NCBI GenBank assembly: GCA_027022365.1 | Contig: JALVYU010000026.1 | Location: 1-64,000 of the forward strand | Length of the DNA stretch: 64,000 nucleotides | Origin: Desulfurococcales archaeon | Lineage (GTDB): Archaea > Thermoproteota > Thermoprotei_A > Sulfolobales > Desulfurococcaceae | Direction of reading: 5' to 3' | Part shown: one piece after another, positions 18,660-28,485 of the stretch | How the letters are laid out: the number at the start of each line of letters is the position of its first letter | How positions within the stretch are numbered: the stretch's first letter is position 1 | The notes under the pieces: generated by a model | The model's input: only the letters and a program-made list of their open reading frames with translations | Databases searched by the model: none | What the model was told of the DNA's origin: nothing | Made by a program: the position numbers and the translations under genes

Positions 18660-19184
18660 TTATTCTTTTATGTCGAAAACTATCTCCTCTCTCCCACCTA
18701 CGAGCGTTCCGGGTTTTACACGGAACCAGAGCCCTCTGCCGTTCGGGAGGATCTCGTATGGAACGCCGACCTCGGCCTTCACTACCCTAGCGTTTACAGG
18801 GAGAAACCAGTAGACAATGTATTCATACTCGGCTCTTTCCTCCTCGTAGATGTTAACATAACTATTTATTCCTTTACGTAATCTGCCGACGAACTCTATG
18901 TTGAAAACTATATAGGCGTATCTTCCCTTCTCCTTCACCCCAATATTAACGTCCACTACGCGTGGGTAAACTCTCTCATCATTGATATAGACCTCTTCCT
19001 GGTCCAGATAATACTGCATGTTTTCTCCTAGCATTTTCAGCTCTCTCGACAAGGCTACTGGTCTTCGTAGCAGACCGGCATAATATTTATCGGGGTCATA
19101 GTACTCAAAGATAACCTCTTGATCTACAAGACCAGTTTCATGCATGAAGAATAATCCATAAGCATAGATCGGTCGAGGCTCCAT
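18660..19184 (-). CDS. Conserved hypothetical beta-rich protein
   Basis: 174-aa ORF with GGTGA RBS, downstream of the membrane wHTH gene. Confidence 0.7.
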   Translation of the reverse strand: MEPRPIYAYGLFFMHETGLVDQEVIFEYYDPDKYYAGLLRRPVALSRELKMLGENMQYYLDQEEVYINDERVYPRVVDVNIGVKEKGRYAYIVFNIEFVGRLRKGINSYVNIYEEERAEYEYIVYWFLPVNARVVKAEVGVPYEILPNGRGLWFRVKPGTLVGGREEIVFDIKE

Positions 19185-19223
19185 AAGATCACCGCAAGAT
19201 TTTTACTTTAAAGCATTATCTCT

Positions 19224-20276
19224 CTACTGTTGTTTCTCCTCGTATTCCCTCTTTAGTTGTTCATAGATTTCACGTCCCTTATCGGTAAGCTTTATTATAT
19301 TATATTTACCAGCTCTAATTATCTCAACTATGCCCTCCTCCATTAATCTCTTGACCCTCCGGGATATCGTTGACTTCGGACGACCTGTAAGTGTGACTAA
19401 TCTGCTCTGCTTGATCCCTTTTTCTCCAGCGTCGCCGACGAGGAGAATTATGTGTTTCACCGTGTCATCGCTCAGTATATCGCCAGACGGCATGGTCTCT
19501 ATTTCTATTTTTCCTCCCCCTCTCCTCACATACAGAGCAACCACAGCTATTCCAAGAGCGGTAATCAATAAGCCTATAATTATACTCCACGGATTCATTC
19601 CGCCGGCACCCTGTTGTGCAACATTATTTCCATACGTAGTGCTTGTTTTTCCTGGAGAAACGACTGTGAGGCCAGGAGAAGAAGTGGTCTGTGTCGGGTA
19701 GACTATTTGCTGCGATACAAGTGTCACAACATACATCATCGGCTGATCAAGTTTTATGATTACACAATTAGTACCATTCTCAACCGATTCAGGGTTAGGA
19801 GCAACAAAGACTCTGTATTTTCCAAAAATCGTTACTGTCCCCGATAAAGAAGGTGCTGTGAAGTTCTCGAGATCTATTGTGACTGCGTAAACACCTATTG
19901 AGACTTCGTCACTTATACCTGAAACAACATACTCGATTGTAATATATGAGGTATTATAAGCCAAGACATCGAGTACTGAGTGTTTTTGGTCAAAGGTATA
20001 GGGTAATTCCTCATTGGCGCTACTCTTAACACTAACGATTGTTATGTTTTTACCCGGGATAAGAGGAGTTGTAATATTCGCCATTAATGGCCCCGTTAAT
20101 GGAGGATTCAATGTTATTGTCTCGACGACATAGGAGACATCGGTGACCGGATCTATGTTCATGGTAAAACTTATACGTGAAATATTAGTTGAAGCCGCAA
20201 AACATAGTGACGCCATCGATAAAGAGATAACCACCAATGATAACGCTATGATTGCTCGGCTTTGCATCTTCATCAC
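19224..20276 (-). CDS. Membrane-anchored regulator: signal peptide, extracellular beta domain, S/T linker, TM helix, cytoplasmic wHTH
   Basis: N-terminal hydrophobic signal; PWSIIIGLLITALGIAVVALYV TM; GIKQSRLVTLTGRPKSTISRRVKRLMEEGIVEIIRAGKYNIIKL wHTH. Confidence 0.8.
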   Translation of the reverse strand: MMKMQSRAIIALSLVVISLSMASLCFAASTNISRISFTMNIDPVTDVSYVVETITLNPPLTGPLMANITTPLIPGKNITIVSVKSSANEELPYTFDQKHSVLDVLAYNTSYITIEYVVSGISDEVSIGVYAVTIDLENFTAPSLSGTVTIFGKYRVFVAPNPESVENGTNCVIIKLDQPMMYVVTLVSQQIVYPTQTTSSPGLTVVSPGKTSTTYGNNVAQQGAGGMNPWSIIIGLLITALGIAVVALYVRRGGGKIEIETMPSGDILSDDTVKHIILLVGDAGEKGIKQSRLVTLTGRPKSTISRRVKRLMEEGIVEIIRAGKYNIIKLTDKGREIYEQLKREYEEKQQ

Positions 20277-20417
20277 TGGTTTTTACTCGTCCTACATAAA
20301 GTTTTGATCCTTTATGTGCATATTTAAGTATAATTGATTAAAATTAAATTAAAGTAACTCTGTTTATAGTTTATAGAAACTGTATTGGTATAAAATAATG
20401 ATTAATTTTTCTGGATG

Positions 20418-21659
20418 TCATCTTCTAGGATGATGGTGATGCATTAATATATGCATGACTATTGTTGTTTTGAATAGATGCATTAGATCTATATGAGCGC
20501 CAGTAGTCTTGTTTATCTCACGGCTTAGCGTCGTAAGTACGATGTCGAGCAATTTAGTGCCTGTGGCGCCTGTCTTGTTGTACAATATATTTGTTATATT
20601 TCTAACATATTCATGTAACTTGATAGGATTCATTAGGTTCTTCTGTTCTCTCCACTTCATTACTGCTCTTGCTGTATCGGGATATCCACTGGCCATGATG
20701 AGCACTCCTGTAGCTATCTTAGCTATAGTGTTTATTGATGCATGGTTTATTTTCTCAGCCACTATCCTTGCTTCTCTGTGGATCGCAATCCTGATCTCAG
20801 CTATTCTTCTTTCCCTTATCATTGCCATAATACGTTCCCTTATTATCGAGGGTAGACGATCAATAACCTTTTTGATAATCATTGAGTTAATCTCGGCTCT
20901 GCGTATTAATGTAAATAGATCTACAGGATGCTTGAAGCCCATTTTTTCCGCAACAGAAGACACTATGATCAATCCATATATTTTGACGTAAGTGTTATAG
21001 GCTTTTATCGACTCAGTAAGCGCTGCTTTGACAAATCCGTTCTTGAGCAGCTTTAGAGCAATATCCGCTTCTCCTTCAGCTATTATAGTGCTAATCTTCA
21101 TTTCGGGTGGTAGGACAATACTGAAGTTTTCCGCGATTCTCGCGGCATTGGCTACTAGTTTTCTCATCTCACCTATTAATCGTAGGACTGCTATGACTGT
21201 CTGGTTAGTCACAGTCTTGTTTTCTCCCAAGTTATCATTGATCGTTTTCTGTAGTACAATGTATGCTGTAGCGGGCGCTAATCCATAGATTAGAGCAGCC
21301 CTTATAGCGAGGTGCTTAGCAACCGTTTGGTTTGTTGATGATACTTGTTTGGCCTGTTGGAGCAGCGCATCTCCTCTTTTTATGATCACTTTGGCTAGTG
21401 TGATATTGTACGATAATGCCCATCTAAGTATGGGTATGCTCTCGTTTTTGACGAGATAAGCTATCTGTATTGCTTTACTATACGTTACGTTCTCTGAGAG
21501 CAACTTATCTATGTTATTGTGAGGAATTACATTGGGTTGAGTGTTCAATTCGTTAGAGGCCATTGTCAGGGGTGCTACGGCCGCTGTTGTAAATGACAAT
21601 GCTATTATTGCTATGATCAGTAATCCTATAGGTTTTACCATGCCTTTCATACCGACCAC
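20418..21659 (-). CDS. Secreted, largely helical hypothetical protein with His-rich C-terminus
   Basis: Signal peptide, multiple NxT/S sequons, ends MHILMHHHHPRR. Confidence 0.72.
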   Translation of the reverse strand: MVGMKGMVKPIGLLIIAIIALSFTTAAVAPLTMASNELNTQPNVIPHNNIDKLLSENVTYSKAIQIAYLVKNESIPILRWALSYNITLAKVIIKRGDALLQQAKQVSSTNQTVAKHLAIRAALIYGLAPATAYIVLQKTINDNLGENKTVTNQTVIAVLRLIGEMRKLVANAARIAENFSIVLPPEMKISTIIAEGEADIALKLLKNGFVKAALTESIKAYNTYVKIYGLIIVSSVAEKMGFKHPVDLFTLIRRAEINSMIIKKVIDRLPSIIRERIMAMIRERRIAEIRIAIHREARIVAEKINHASINTIAKIATGVLIMASGYPDTARAVMKWREQKNLMNPIKLHEYVRNITNILYNKTGATGTKLLDIVLTTLSREINKTTGAHIDLMHLFKTTIVMHILMHHHHPRR

Positions 21660-21741
21660 CAGTGGGCTTCTTTAAGTACCTGTTTATAAAAGGGATATGA
21701 TGGGACAATACATGGGTTGGTCTTTGTAACCTTGTGGAACG

Positions 21742-22389
21742 GTGGAACCATTGAATAATCTATCATATAGTTGGAGATATGACTGGCTTATTAGTTGTCC
21801 ACATGTAGTGTTTATGAGTACGGGACAATGGCACGGCCGTAGACTCTATGTAGGCATTCCTTTAATGAATTCTAGAACAAACATATTTGGGGTAAAAGGT
21901 AAAACTGTAGTCAAAGTAACTCCGTCAGTACATAGAGATCGTAAAATACTTTGTGAAAACCACTGTATGGAGATACTGAACAATTCTACTGGAATAATTG
22001 TTTCTCTCGAATCCCTCAAGATGAGTGAGGATCCAGTTATTAGAACGGCTTATTATGGCGGATATAATGTTTTCATAGATGGGGGCGAAAAAGAGATTGT
22101 GATATCAGAAATCGTGGCCGATAACATATATGTCTACCTAGATAGAGGACCAATTAGCTCATGCAAAATCATTAGCCCCGAGCTCGGCAATCTCGTTGTA
22201 CTAGCCATATCTCTGAGAAAAGGCGATCTCAGAAAGTATTGGGGAGCACCACTTGTTGGCTTAAGAGACGATATAACGGGCGAATTACTCGTTTTCAGCG
22301 AAAACATTATAGCTGGGAAGAGATTGTTTAAGGTCGACAATATCGGTATTAGACACGTAGTTAAATCAAATTTCGTTGGATGCAAGTAA
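21742..22389 (+). CDS. Hypothetical protein (true start probably near 21814)
   Basis: Long ORF filling the intergenic space, no competing long ORF. Confidence 0.55.
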   Translation: MEPLNNLSYSWRYDWLISCPHVVFMSTGQWHGRRLYVGIPLMNSRTNIFGVKGKTVVKVTPSVHRDRKILCENHCMEILNNSTGIIVSLESLKMSEDPVIRTAYYGGYNVFIDGGEKEIVISEIVADNIYVYLDRGPISSCKIISPELGNLVVLAISLRKGDLRKYWGAPLVGLRDDITGELLVFSENIIAGKRLFKVDNIGIRHVVKSNFVGCK

Positions 22390-22405
22390 TAGACATTTCT
22401 CAACG

Positions 22406-22463
22406 CCGATGATGATTCTCACAGCCATAATGGATAAGATGACAGAGGAGGTTTCGGCTGAGG
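22406..22463 (+). ncRNA. Box C/D guide sRNA (degenerate C'/D')
   Basis: C AUGAUGA 22409-22415, D CUGA 22458-22461, CC/GG closing pairs; D guide GGAGGUUUCG complementary to recalled 16S CGAAACCUCC. Confidence 0.62.
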
Positions 22464-22522
22464 ACAAGATATACTATTTCTTTTCCATACAGAACATATA
22501 TAGTATAATCAAGGGTGATTAT

Positions 22523-24034
22523 ATGGCAATAACAGTCAAGGATATGAGGATAATTGAGCTTAATACTGTTTCCCTAGGCATACCACTAATAAGGCTCATG
22601 GAGGCAGCGGGTAAAAGTGTTGCCGAGGCCATAATCTCTAGGCTGAAGCCAGGAGAGGCCGGAAGAATAGTGGTTCTCGTGGGAAGGGGTGGAAACGGTG
22701 GCGACGGAATTGTCGCTGCAAGGTACCTGGATTCTTTCGGCTATAATGTTGAAATACTTCCCGCATATAGGGAAGAGCTCATAAATCATCCTGACACCCT
22801 TGAAAACTACTCCATAGTAAAGAGACTTACCACTATCAAGATCCATAGACCAGGTAGGCTCGACGTATTAGATGGTGCTGGCGTAATTATTGATGGTCTT
22901 CTCGGCACGGGTGTAAAGGGCGAGCTACGAGATCCTATAAAATCTATTGTTGAGAAAGCAAACAAGGTAAACGCAAAATTAAAGGTAGCAATTGATACAC
23001 CTACGGGTCTGAACCCAGATACAGGAGATATTCATGGAATAGCCTTTAAAGCAGATATAACAGTCACTTTCCACGATCTAAAGCCTGGCCTTCTAAAACG
23101 CAAAGATATAGCTGGAGAGATCATAGTGGCGGACATAGGGGTTCCTCGAGACGCTACAATCTATGTAGGTCCAGGAGACATAGTCTACAATGTTCCGGAT
23201 AGACCTAAGGATGCCCATAAGGGCAGCAGTGGCAGAATACTCGTTATAGGGGGAAGCAACAAATATACCGGAGCACCGGCACTTGCTGGTCTCGCTGCTC
23301 TGGCGGCAGGATCTGATCTAGCATTCATTGCATGCCCAGAATCCATCAGGGACATCATCGCGGGATATAGCCCCGAACTAATAACAATTCCTTATCCAGG
23401 AAAATACCTCAGCATAGAATCCCTCGACCATATTCTGAAGACCATAGAGGAGTATAGGCCCCATGTAATTATTGTCGGACCTGGCCTTGGGCGTCGCCCT
23501 GAAACGCTAGAGGCTGTTAGGAGATTGCTCGACAAACTAGTAGAAGAGAACAAGAGAATCGTTATAGACGCTGACGCCCTAAAAGCCATAGATTATGATC
23601 GAATGAAATTTAAAGGAAAAGCTGTCTTAACGCCTCATCGCGGCGAGTTCAAGTCAATTACAGGAAAAACGGTTGAACAGGGCCAAGAGGGAGCAGAGAC
23701 TGTGGCCGAAGCCGCACGTCGGCTCGAAGCCACTATTCTATTGAAAGCGCCGATCGATATTATAAGTGATGGAGAACGGCTAAAATACAATAGAACAGGC
23801 AACCCGTACATGGCAATTGGTGGAACAGGCGATGTGCTGACTGGAATAGTCGCAAGCATGTACGCGTTAATAGGAGATCCCTTTGTATCAGCATCTATTG
23901 CTGCATACATTAACGGCTTGGCGGGAGACTATTTGCTAAAGAATGGCGAGAAGGTCTCGCCCACTAATATAATCAAAGTTATAGACAAGGTTATTAAAGA
24001 TCCCCTTAATATCCATATTAATACTTATACCTAA
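22523..24034 (+). CDS. nnr: Bifunctional NAD(P)H-hydrate epimerase/dehydratase
   Basis: LMEAAG, GRGGNGGDG, DGLLGTG, HKG..G, GPGLG, DADAL, TPHRGEF, GGTGDVLTG; GGTGA RBS before ATG 22523 (ORF-track N-terminal extension is spurious). Confidence 0.95.
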   Translation: MAITVKDMRIIELNTVSLGIPLIRLMEAAGKSVAEAIISRLKPGEAGRIVVLVGRGGNGGDGIVAARYLDSFGYNVEILPAYREELINHPDTLENYSIVKRLTTIKIHRPGRLDVLDGAGVIIDGLLGTGVKGELRDPIKSIVEKANKVNAKLKVAIDTPTGLNPDTGDIHGIAFKADITVTFHDLKPGLLKRKDIAGEIIVADIGVPRDATIYVGPGDIVYNVPDRPKDAHKGSSGRILVIGGSNKYTGAPALAGLAALAAGSDLAFIACPESIRDIIAGYSPELITIPYPGKYLSIESLDHILKTIEEYRPHVIIVGPGLGRRPETLEAVRRLLDKLVEENKRIVIDADALKAIDYDRMKFKGKAVLTPHRGEFKSITGKTVEQGQEGAETVAEAARRLEATILLKAPIDIISDGERLKYNRTGNPYMAIGGTGDVLTGIVASMYALIGDPFVSASIAAYINGLAGDYLLKNGEKVSPTNIIKVIDKVIKDPLNIHINTYT

Positions 24035-24103
24035 ATAGGGTGGTAGGTAAGCTAATTAAACTAATAAAGCCTTAAAGTGAGATAGTTGCTCAAGTGATAC
24101 GCT

Positions 24104-24229
24104 ATGAAGGAAAAGGATGAAAAGAAGTACTCTCTCGAAGACGAAGAAGAGCTAGACGTGGAGTTTCTCATAGACGAGTATTATTCTAGCTGTAGAATGT
24201 GCCCCTTTAGGGGCTTCTGCGGAACATAA
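24104..24229 (+). CDS. 41-aa acidic peptide with C-terminal CxxC-x5-C (not in ORF track)
   Basis: MKEKDEKKYSLEDEEELDVEFLIDEYYSSCRMCPFRGFCGT*; GTGA RBS-like element and CTTAAA TATA-like box upstream. Confidence 0.65.
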   Translation: MKEKDEKKYSLEDEEELDVEFLIDEYYSSCRMCPFRGFCGT

Positions 24230-24262
24230 TCCAACAAAATCTTCGTTGTGCGGTGAAAAGGT

Positions 24263-24841
24263 TTGTCGTCAAGATACCTGGTTGTGAGAAAAGGCGAAAA
24301 AGTGAGAGTAAAGTGCCAGAGGAGCGGCAGATGCTGTACCTCCGGCCCTAATGTAGGATTGACAGCATTCGATGTATGCCGTATTGCCAAGTATCTTGGA
24401 GTAGATTGGAAGGAGCTTAGAGGAAAATACATAATCGCTATAGTGGCTGACGTGTTCGCTATACCTGCTCTCAGAGGCGTTGGGACGGGAAGGTGCGCAT
24501 TCCTCAAGTACGAGGATAGAGTACCGGTATGCAGTATTTATCCCGTTAGACCGTTGAGGTGCCGTTTATATCCGTTCTTGCCTGCTTCTCCAAGTGTTAG
24601 AGATAAGGTTTACGTGGACACTTTCTGTCCGGGAGTTGGAAAGGGCGAGGAAATTGAGCCTCCATGGAAGCTCCTAGATATCTACTATGATGAACAACGT
24701 AAACACTACGAGAGACTATTCGAGCTGGTGTTCAGGGAAGGGTATGAGCCTCTCGAGGCACTAGAAAAACTTATCGATGAAGTATGTGAACAATATAGTA
24801 CATCAAGTAATAAAATCGTCGATAAAGACTTAAACAAATAG
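24263..24841 (+). CDS. YkgJ family (CxxCxxCC) putative Zn/Fe-S protein
   Basis: CQRSGRCC, CAFL, CSIYPVRPLRCRLYPF, CPG. Confidence 0.9.
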   Translation: MSSRYLVVRKGEKVRVKCQRSGRCCTSGPNVGLTAFDVCRIAKYLGVDWKELRGKYIIAIVADVFAIPALRGVGTGRCAFLKYEDRVPVCSIYPVRPLRCRLYPFLPASPSVRDKVYVDTFCPGVGKGEEIEPPWKLLDIYYDEQRKHYERLFELVFREGYEPLEALEKLIDEVCEQYSTSSNKIVDKDLNK

Positions 24842-25037
24842 CAGTTCAAAAAAACTTGACAAGACGCATCGCATAGCCTAATCTTTTTCCGTACCGGGCA
24901 AAACATTCATATTATCTCCAGATATAGGTAAAAGTGTCAAAGCGCCCCTTCTACTGGCAACTCCGAATTCACTTGTAAAAATAGATGGGCTTCTTGAGTA
25001 CTGGAGTTCTCGAGTCAAGGGATCAAACGATCTATCT

Positions 25038-25826
25038 CTAAGTATTCTCCTCTAACCGTTCAAGTAGTTCTTTAGCCCTATTAACGAGGATCCTTACTTT
25101 TTTCTCATCGACCGGATTATATATTATTCCATTCTTCTTCAAATATGTGCCGACGATAACACCGTCAGCAATTGATATATATGAGCCTATATTATCCATC
25201 GTTACGCCACTGCCTACAATAACGGGTATGTTCTTCATGTATTTCTTAGCCAGGAATACTTTCGAAGGATCCGTCTTCCTACCAGTGGCGTGACCGGTTA
25301 CTATTACTGCGTCTGGATGTCCCCGTGCTCTAGCGTTCTCAAGTACATCAATGAATGGCAGTATTGGTTTACTATGTTTCACATTTATATCAACGTATAT
25401 TTTAACACCGGGAGAAACCTTATTCCTTATTCTAAGAAGCGGGTGGGCTACCGGGAACAAAAGGCCTTCTGGGGCCCATACTGGCTCAATATATGCGTTT
25501 ACCCTGATAAAGTCCGCTTTACATTCAGCAGCTATCTTGAGAGCATCTATACCTGCGTTTCTCAAAACATTGACGCCGATCTCTATTTCCGGATACTTCT
25601 CCCTCAACATACAGACTATCTTCTTCATAAAATCGATCGATTCCTGTGGAGGCCTAATAGCAAAGGGGGAGTCGCCATAGTTTTCGACAATAAAACCGTC
25701 AACACCGCCCCTAACCAGTTTATCAGCATCGTAAAGAGCACGCCTCAAAATCTTATCCCGACTACCACCGTAGAGGGGCGAGCCAGGAAGCGGTAATAGA
25801 TGAACCATACCATATATTTTGAACAT
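25038..25826 (-). CDS. BtpA/SgcQ family TIM-barrel protein
   Basis: GMVHLLPLPGSP, VENYGD, GVNVLRN, DINVKH, TGHATG, VGSGV, DGVIVGT. Confidence 0.93.
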   Translation of the reverse strand: MFKIYGMVHLLPLPGSPLYGGSRDKILRRALYDADKLVRGGVDGFIVENYGDSPFAIRPPQESIDFMKKIVCMLREKYPEIEIGVNVLRNAGIDALKIAAECKADFIRVNAYIEPVWAPEGLLFPVAHPLLRIRNKVSPGVKIYVDINVKHSKPILPFIDVLENARARGHPDAVIVTGHATGRKTDPSKVFLAKKYMKNIPVIVGSGVTMDNIGSYISIADGVIVGTYLKKNGIIYNPVDEKKVRILVNRAKELLERLEENT

Positions 25827-25940
25827 TTCTACGAAACCCTCGTTTCACGGGTTCCAACACTACTTATCTTCGAAAATTATAGATTATTAACCAAACCATT
25901 ATCTGGGACAAAACAGTATGTATAGGGTGGTGCATAGTAG

Positions 25941-27047
25941 ATGAAGCGCGGGACGCTATTTATTTTGGGAGTATTTCTGTTTGTCTTGATAGTACTGTCC
26001 CCGAGAACATATAGTATACCGGAAAGAAACACCGAATACATTCCCGGAACAATAGGTGTTTCTGATCTGTCAACTTTTATCAAGAGTTTGGAAGAATTAA
26101 AAAATCTAAACGATCCAGTCGCTAATATGTACATAGAAGAGATAAAGTCCAGCATTAGTAGCGGGGACTATGACAAGGCAAACAAGCTATTAGCAGAGCT
26201 CCAGACTTATCTCAAGGAAAAGTATGGCAATAATCTCTCTGGCTTAGATCCAGAGCTCGCCAAAGATATAGCTTTCATAGAGTCCATTAAAGAAGTAAAT
26301 GAGCGGGGCACCATAGTAGATATATCAAAATACTTGAACGACCTGGCCGGTCTGATAAAGAATCCCGATGAGCTTAAGCAACTTCTTGATATTGCGAATA
26401 AGCTTGAAAATGGTTTGCCCTTATCCGATACTGAGAAAGCCTTGCTTGGAAAAATGCTTGAGGATTTCAACATCAAAGAGGCTGTTCCGAGCAATGTCTC
26501 GCTAAACGAACTAAGCAATTTATTCAATAATACAGGTGTAAATAATATAACCGTACCAAAGATATCAGTTCCATCGTCACTGAATATGTCACTACCCTCA
26601 TCTAATCCCTCAATTCCAAGCCTAGTCTCGCTGGGATCGCCAGGTAGTCTAGTACTACCTAGCATCCCGACCGAGTACCTAGCCGCTGTACTGATACCAG
26701 TTATTATAGCTTCCATGATTTATCTCGCCAGAGATCGGTTTTCAACAATAGACCTAATAATAAGAAAGAAGCTGGCCAAAGCCATAGCAACTACAATCTC
26801 TAGGATCAAACATATAGATGACCCCGTAGCTAGACTATACGGGATATGGCTAAGCCTGGCCAAGACATTCGGTTATCCACGTTATTCGTGGGAGACTCCA
26901 AGAGAACATCTGCAGAAGATCCGTGATGATATTCTTAGGAAACGGGGTTCGATTATCGTTAAGCTATACGAGATGAAATTCTATGGAATGAAGGAGCCTA
27001 GATCCGATGAAATAGAGAAGGCCAAAAAAGAACTAGAGGCGGAATAG
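25941..27047 (+). CDS. Membrane protein with C-terminal DUF4129-like domain (MoxR operon)
   Basis: Signal, S/P linker, TM; WETPREH...LYE..FYG motif. Confidence 0.75.
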   Translation: MKRGTLFILGVFLFVLIVLSPRTYSIPERNTEYIPGTIGVSDLSTFIKSLEELKNLNDPVANMYIEEIKSSISSGDYDKANKLLAELQTYLKEKYGNNLSGLDPELAKDIAFIESIKEVNERGTIVDISKYLNDLAGLIKNPDELKQLLDIANKLENGLPLSDTEKALLGKMLEDFNIKEAVPSNVSLNELSNLFNNTGVNNITVPKISVPSSLNMSLPSSNPSIPSLVSLGSPGSLVLPSIPTEYLAAVLIPVIIASMIYLARDRFSTIDLIIRKKLAKAIATTISRIKHIDDPVARLYGIWLSLAKTFGYPRYSWETPREHLQKIRDDILRKRGSIIVKLYEMKFYGMKEPRSDEIEKAKKELEAE

Positions 27048-27048
27048 A

Positions 27049-28485
27049 ATGAGGATGAAGCTAGTATTAGCGATTCTCATTATTATAGGCATAATCGCAT
27101 GTTTCTATATACCAGCCAAAGTTATAGAGTTCGCGACATCCGTGTACATGAACACAGCAAGCCCCTACTCCATGGGATGGATGGGGACTAGTATCCTCTA
27201 CAATACGCTCCAAGACGCGAACTTCACTGTTTATGTTGCTGAGGATGAGCAGCAATTTACCCAAGCACTTACTAAAGGAGGAACTGTCTTAATAATTGCA
27301 CCTGATCACCCGATACCCTATAGTCTAGCAGAACAAATTTTCAATGCATGGATTGCTGGAAAAGCAAATGTAGTGGTTTTTGATGAAAACACCACATCAA
27401 ATACGCTCCTACGTAAAATCGGCTTGTATATCGATGGGAGAGCTCTACTTTATCCCGGACTTACAAAAACACCAGGCTTTCCACCAGCAGAAATCATAGA
27501 AATCAATGGCTCGAGAATACTTGCGAGACTTAACTGGGCTAGCTTCATCGTGCCCAACAATATTACAAGCATTGTTGCAAGGTATGATTTCATCAGAAGT
27601 GCAAAAATAATCGGTGAAGCACTAGGTTCCATAGACATTAATGATAACGGAAAAATTGAACCCGGCGAAGAAAATATAGGCACGTATCCTGTTGGCGCCC
27701 TCATAACAAGCCGTGTCAATACGCTTTTCTTTGTGTTCACCGACAGCTATCCCGTCCTTAACGCAGCATTTGAGACAAATTATACTCTCTCACAAGTAAT
27801 GTTAGAATATATCGAAAAAATATCAAATAATACGAGTACAAAAACAATCATAATACCAAACTTTCTATACAACAGGGACTACTATAGACTTAAAGCACCG
27901 TTTCATCCCGCATTACTACTTGTATACGTAGCTAAATATACATCTATAGCAGACAATTATTTTGAAAGAATACTCGGCGTCTCAATCTACATCAAAACAG
28001 GTATTGCAACACTAATACTGCTCTTATCAGTTCTTGCATTTATCAGAATATTCGGGGGTATAAAGAGAGAAGACATCGAGCCGTCTCCACGCAGAGAATT
28101 AGTTTCCCTTATCGAAATACTTGGCCCGTCCTCGAAGATTCTAAAGGGGCATGAGAAAGACGTTATTGTAAGTATTTGGAAGTTTATTGATGAAGTATAT
28201 TATATGTTGTTTGATCTGCGCTTGGACGAGCTCATATATGAATCCGACAAAATACGTGATATAGCCAGTAGACTAGGCATGGATGAAAATAAGCTTAAGA
28301 CTACGCTGTACGAAATGTATAAAATATATAGAAAAGCCACTGGAGAATCCAGATTCCCAATAATAATTAATTGGAGAACAACAGTTAAGAAATTCATAAA
28401 CATGGGTGAAATACTTCTAGAACCCACAGGCTATACACTTATAGGGAGGAAAGGCTACCGTGACATCGCCTACTTTATCAAATAA
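27049..28485 (+). CDS. DUF4350-like membrane protein (MoxR operon)
   Basis: SPYSMGWMGTS.L motif, TDS..LN, two TM regions. Confidence 0.7.
   Translation: MRMKLVLAILIIIGIIACFYIPAKVIEFATSVYMNTASPYSMGWMGTSILYNTLQDANFTVYVAEDEQQFTQALTKGGTVLIIAPDHPIPYSLAEQIFNAWIAGKANVVVFDENTTSNTLLRKIGLYIDGRALLYPGLTKTPGFPPAEIIEINGSRILARLNWASFIVPNNITSIVARYDFIRSAKIIGEALGSIDINDNGKIEPGEENIGTYPVGALITSRVNTLFFVFTDSYPVLNAAFETNYTLSQVMLEYIEKISNNTSTKTIIIPNFLYNRDYYRLKAPFHPALLLVYVAKYTSIADNYFERILGVSIYIKTGIATLILLLSVLAFIRIFGGIKREDIEPSPRRELVSLIEILGPSSKILKGHEKDVIVSIWKFIDEVYYMLFDLRLDELIYESDKIRDIASRLGMDENKLKTTLYEMYKIYRKATGESRFPIIINWRTTVKKFINMGEILLEPTGYTLIGRKGYRDIAYFIK

Noticed and set aside
22376-22522. 49-aa N-terminal extension of Nnr
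   Set aside because: The RBS and family homology start at 22523, and the region holds a promoter and a C/D sRNA.
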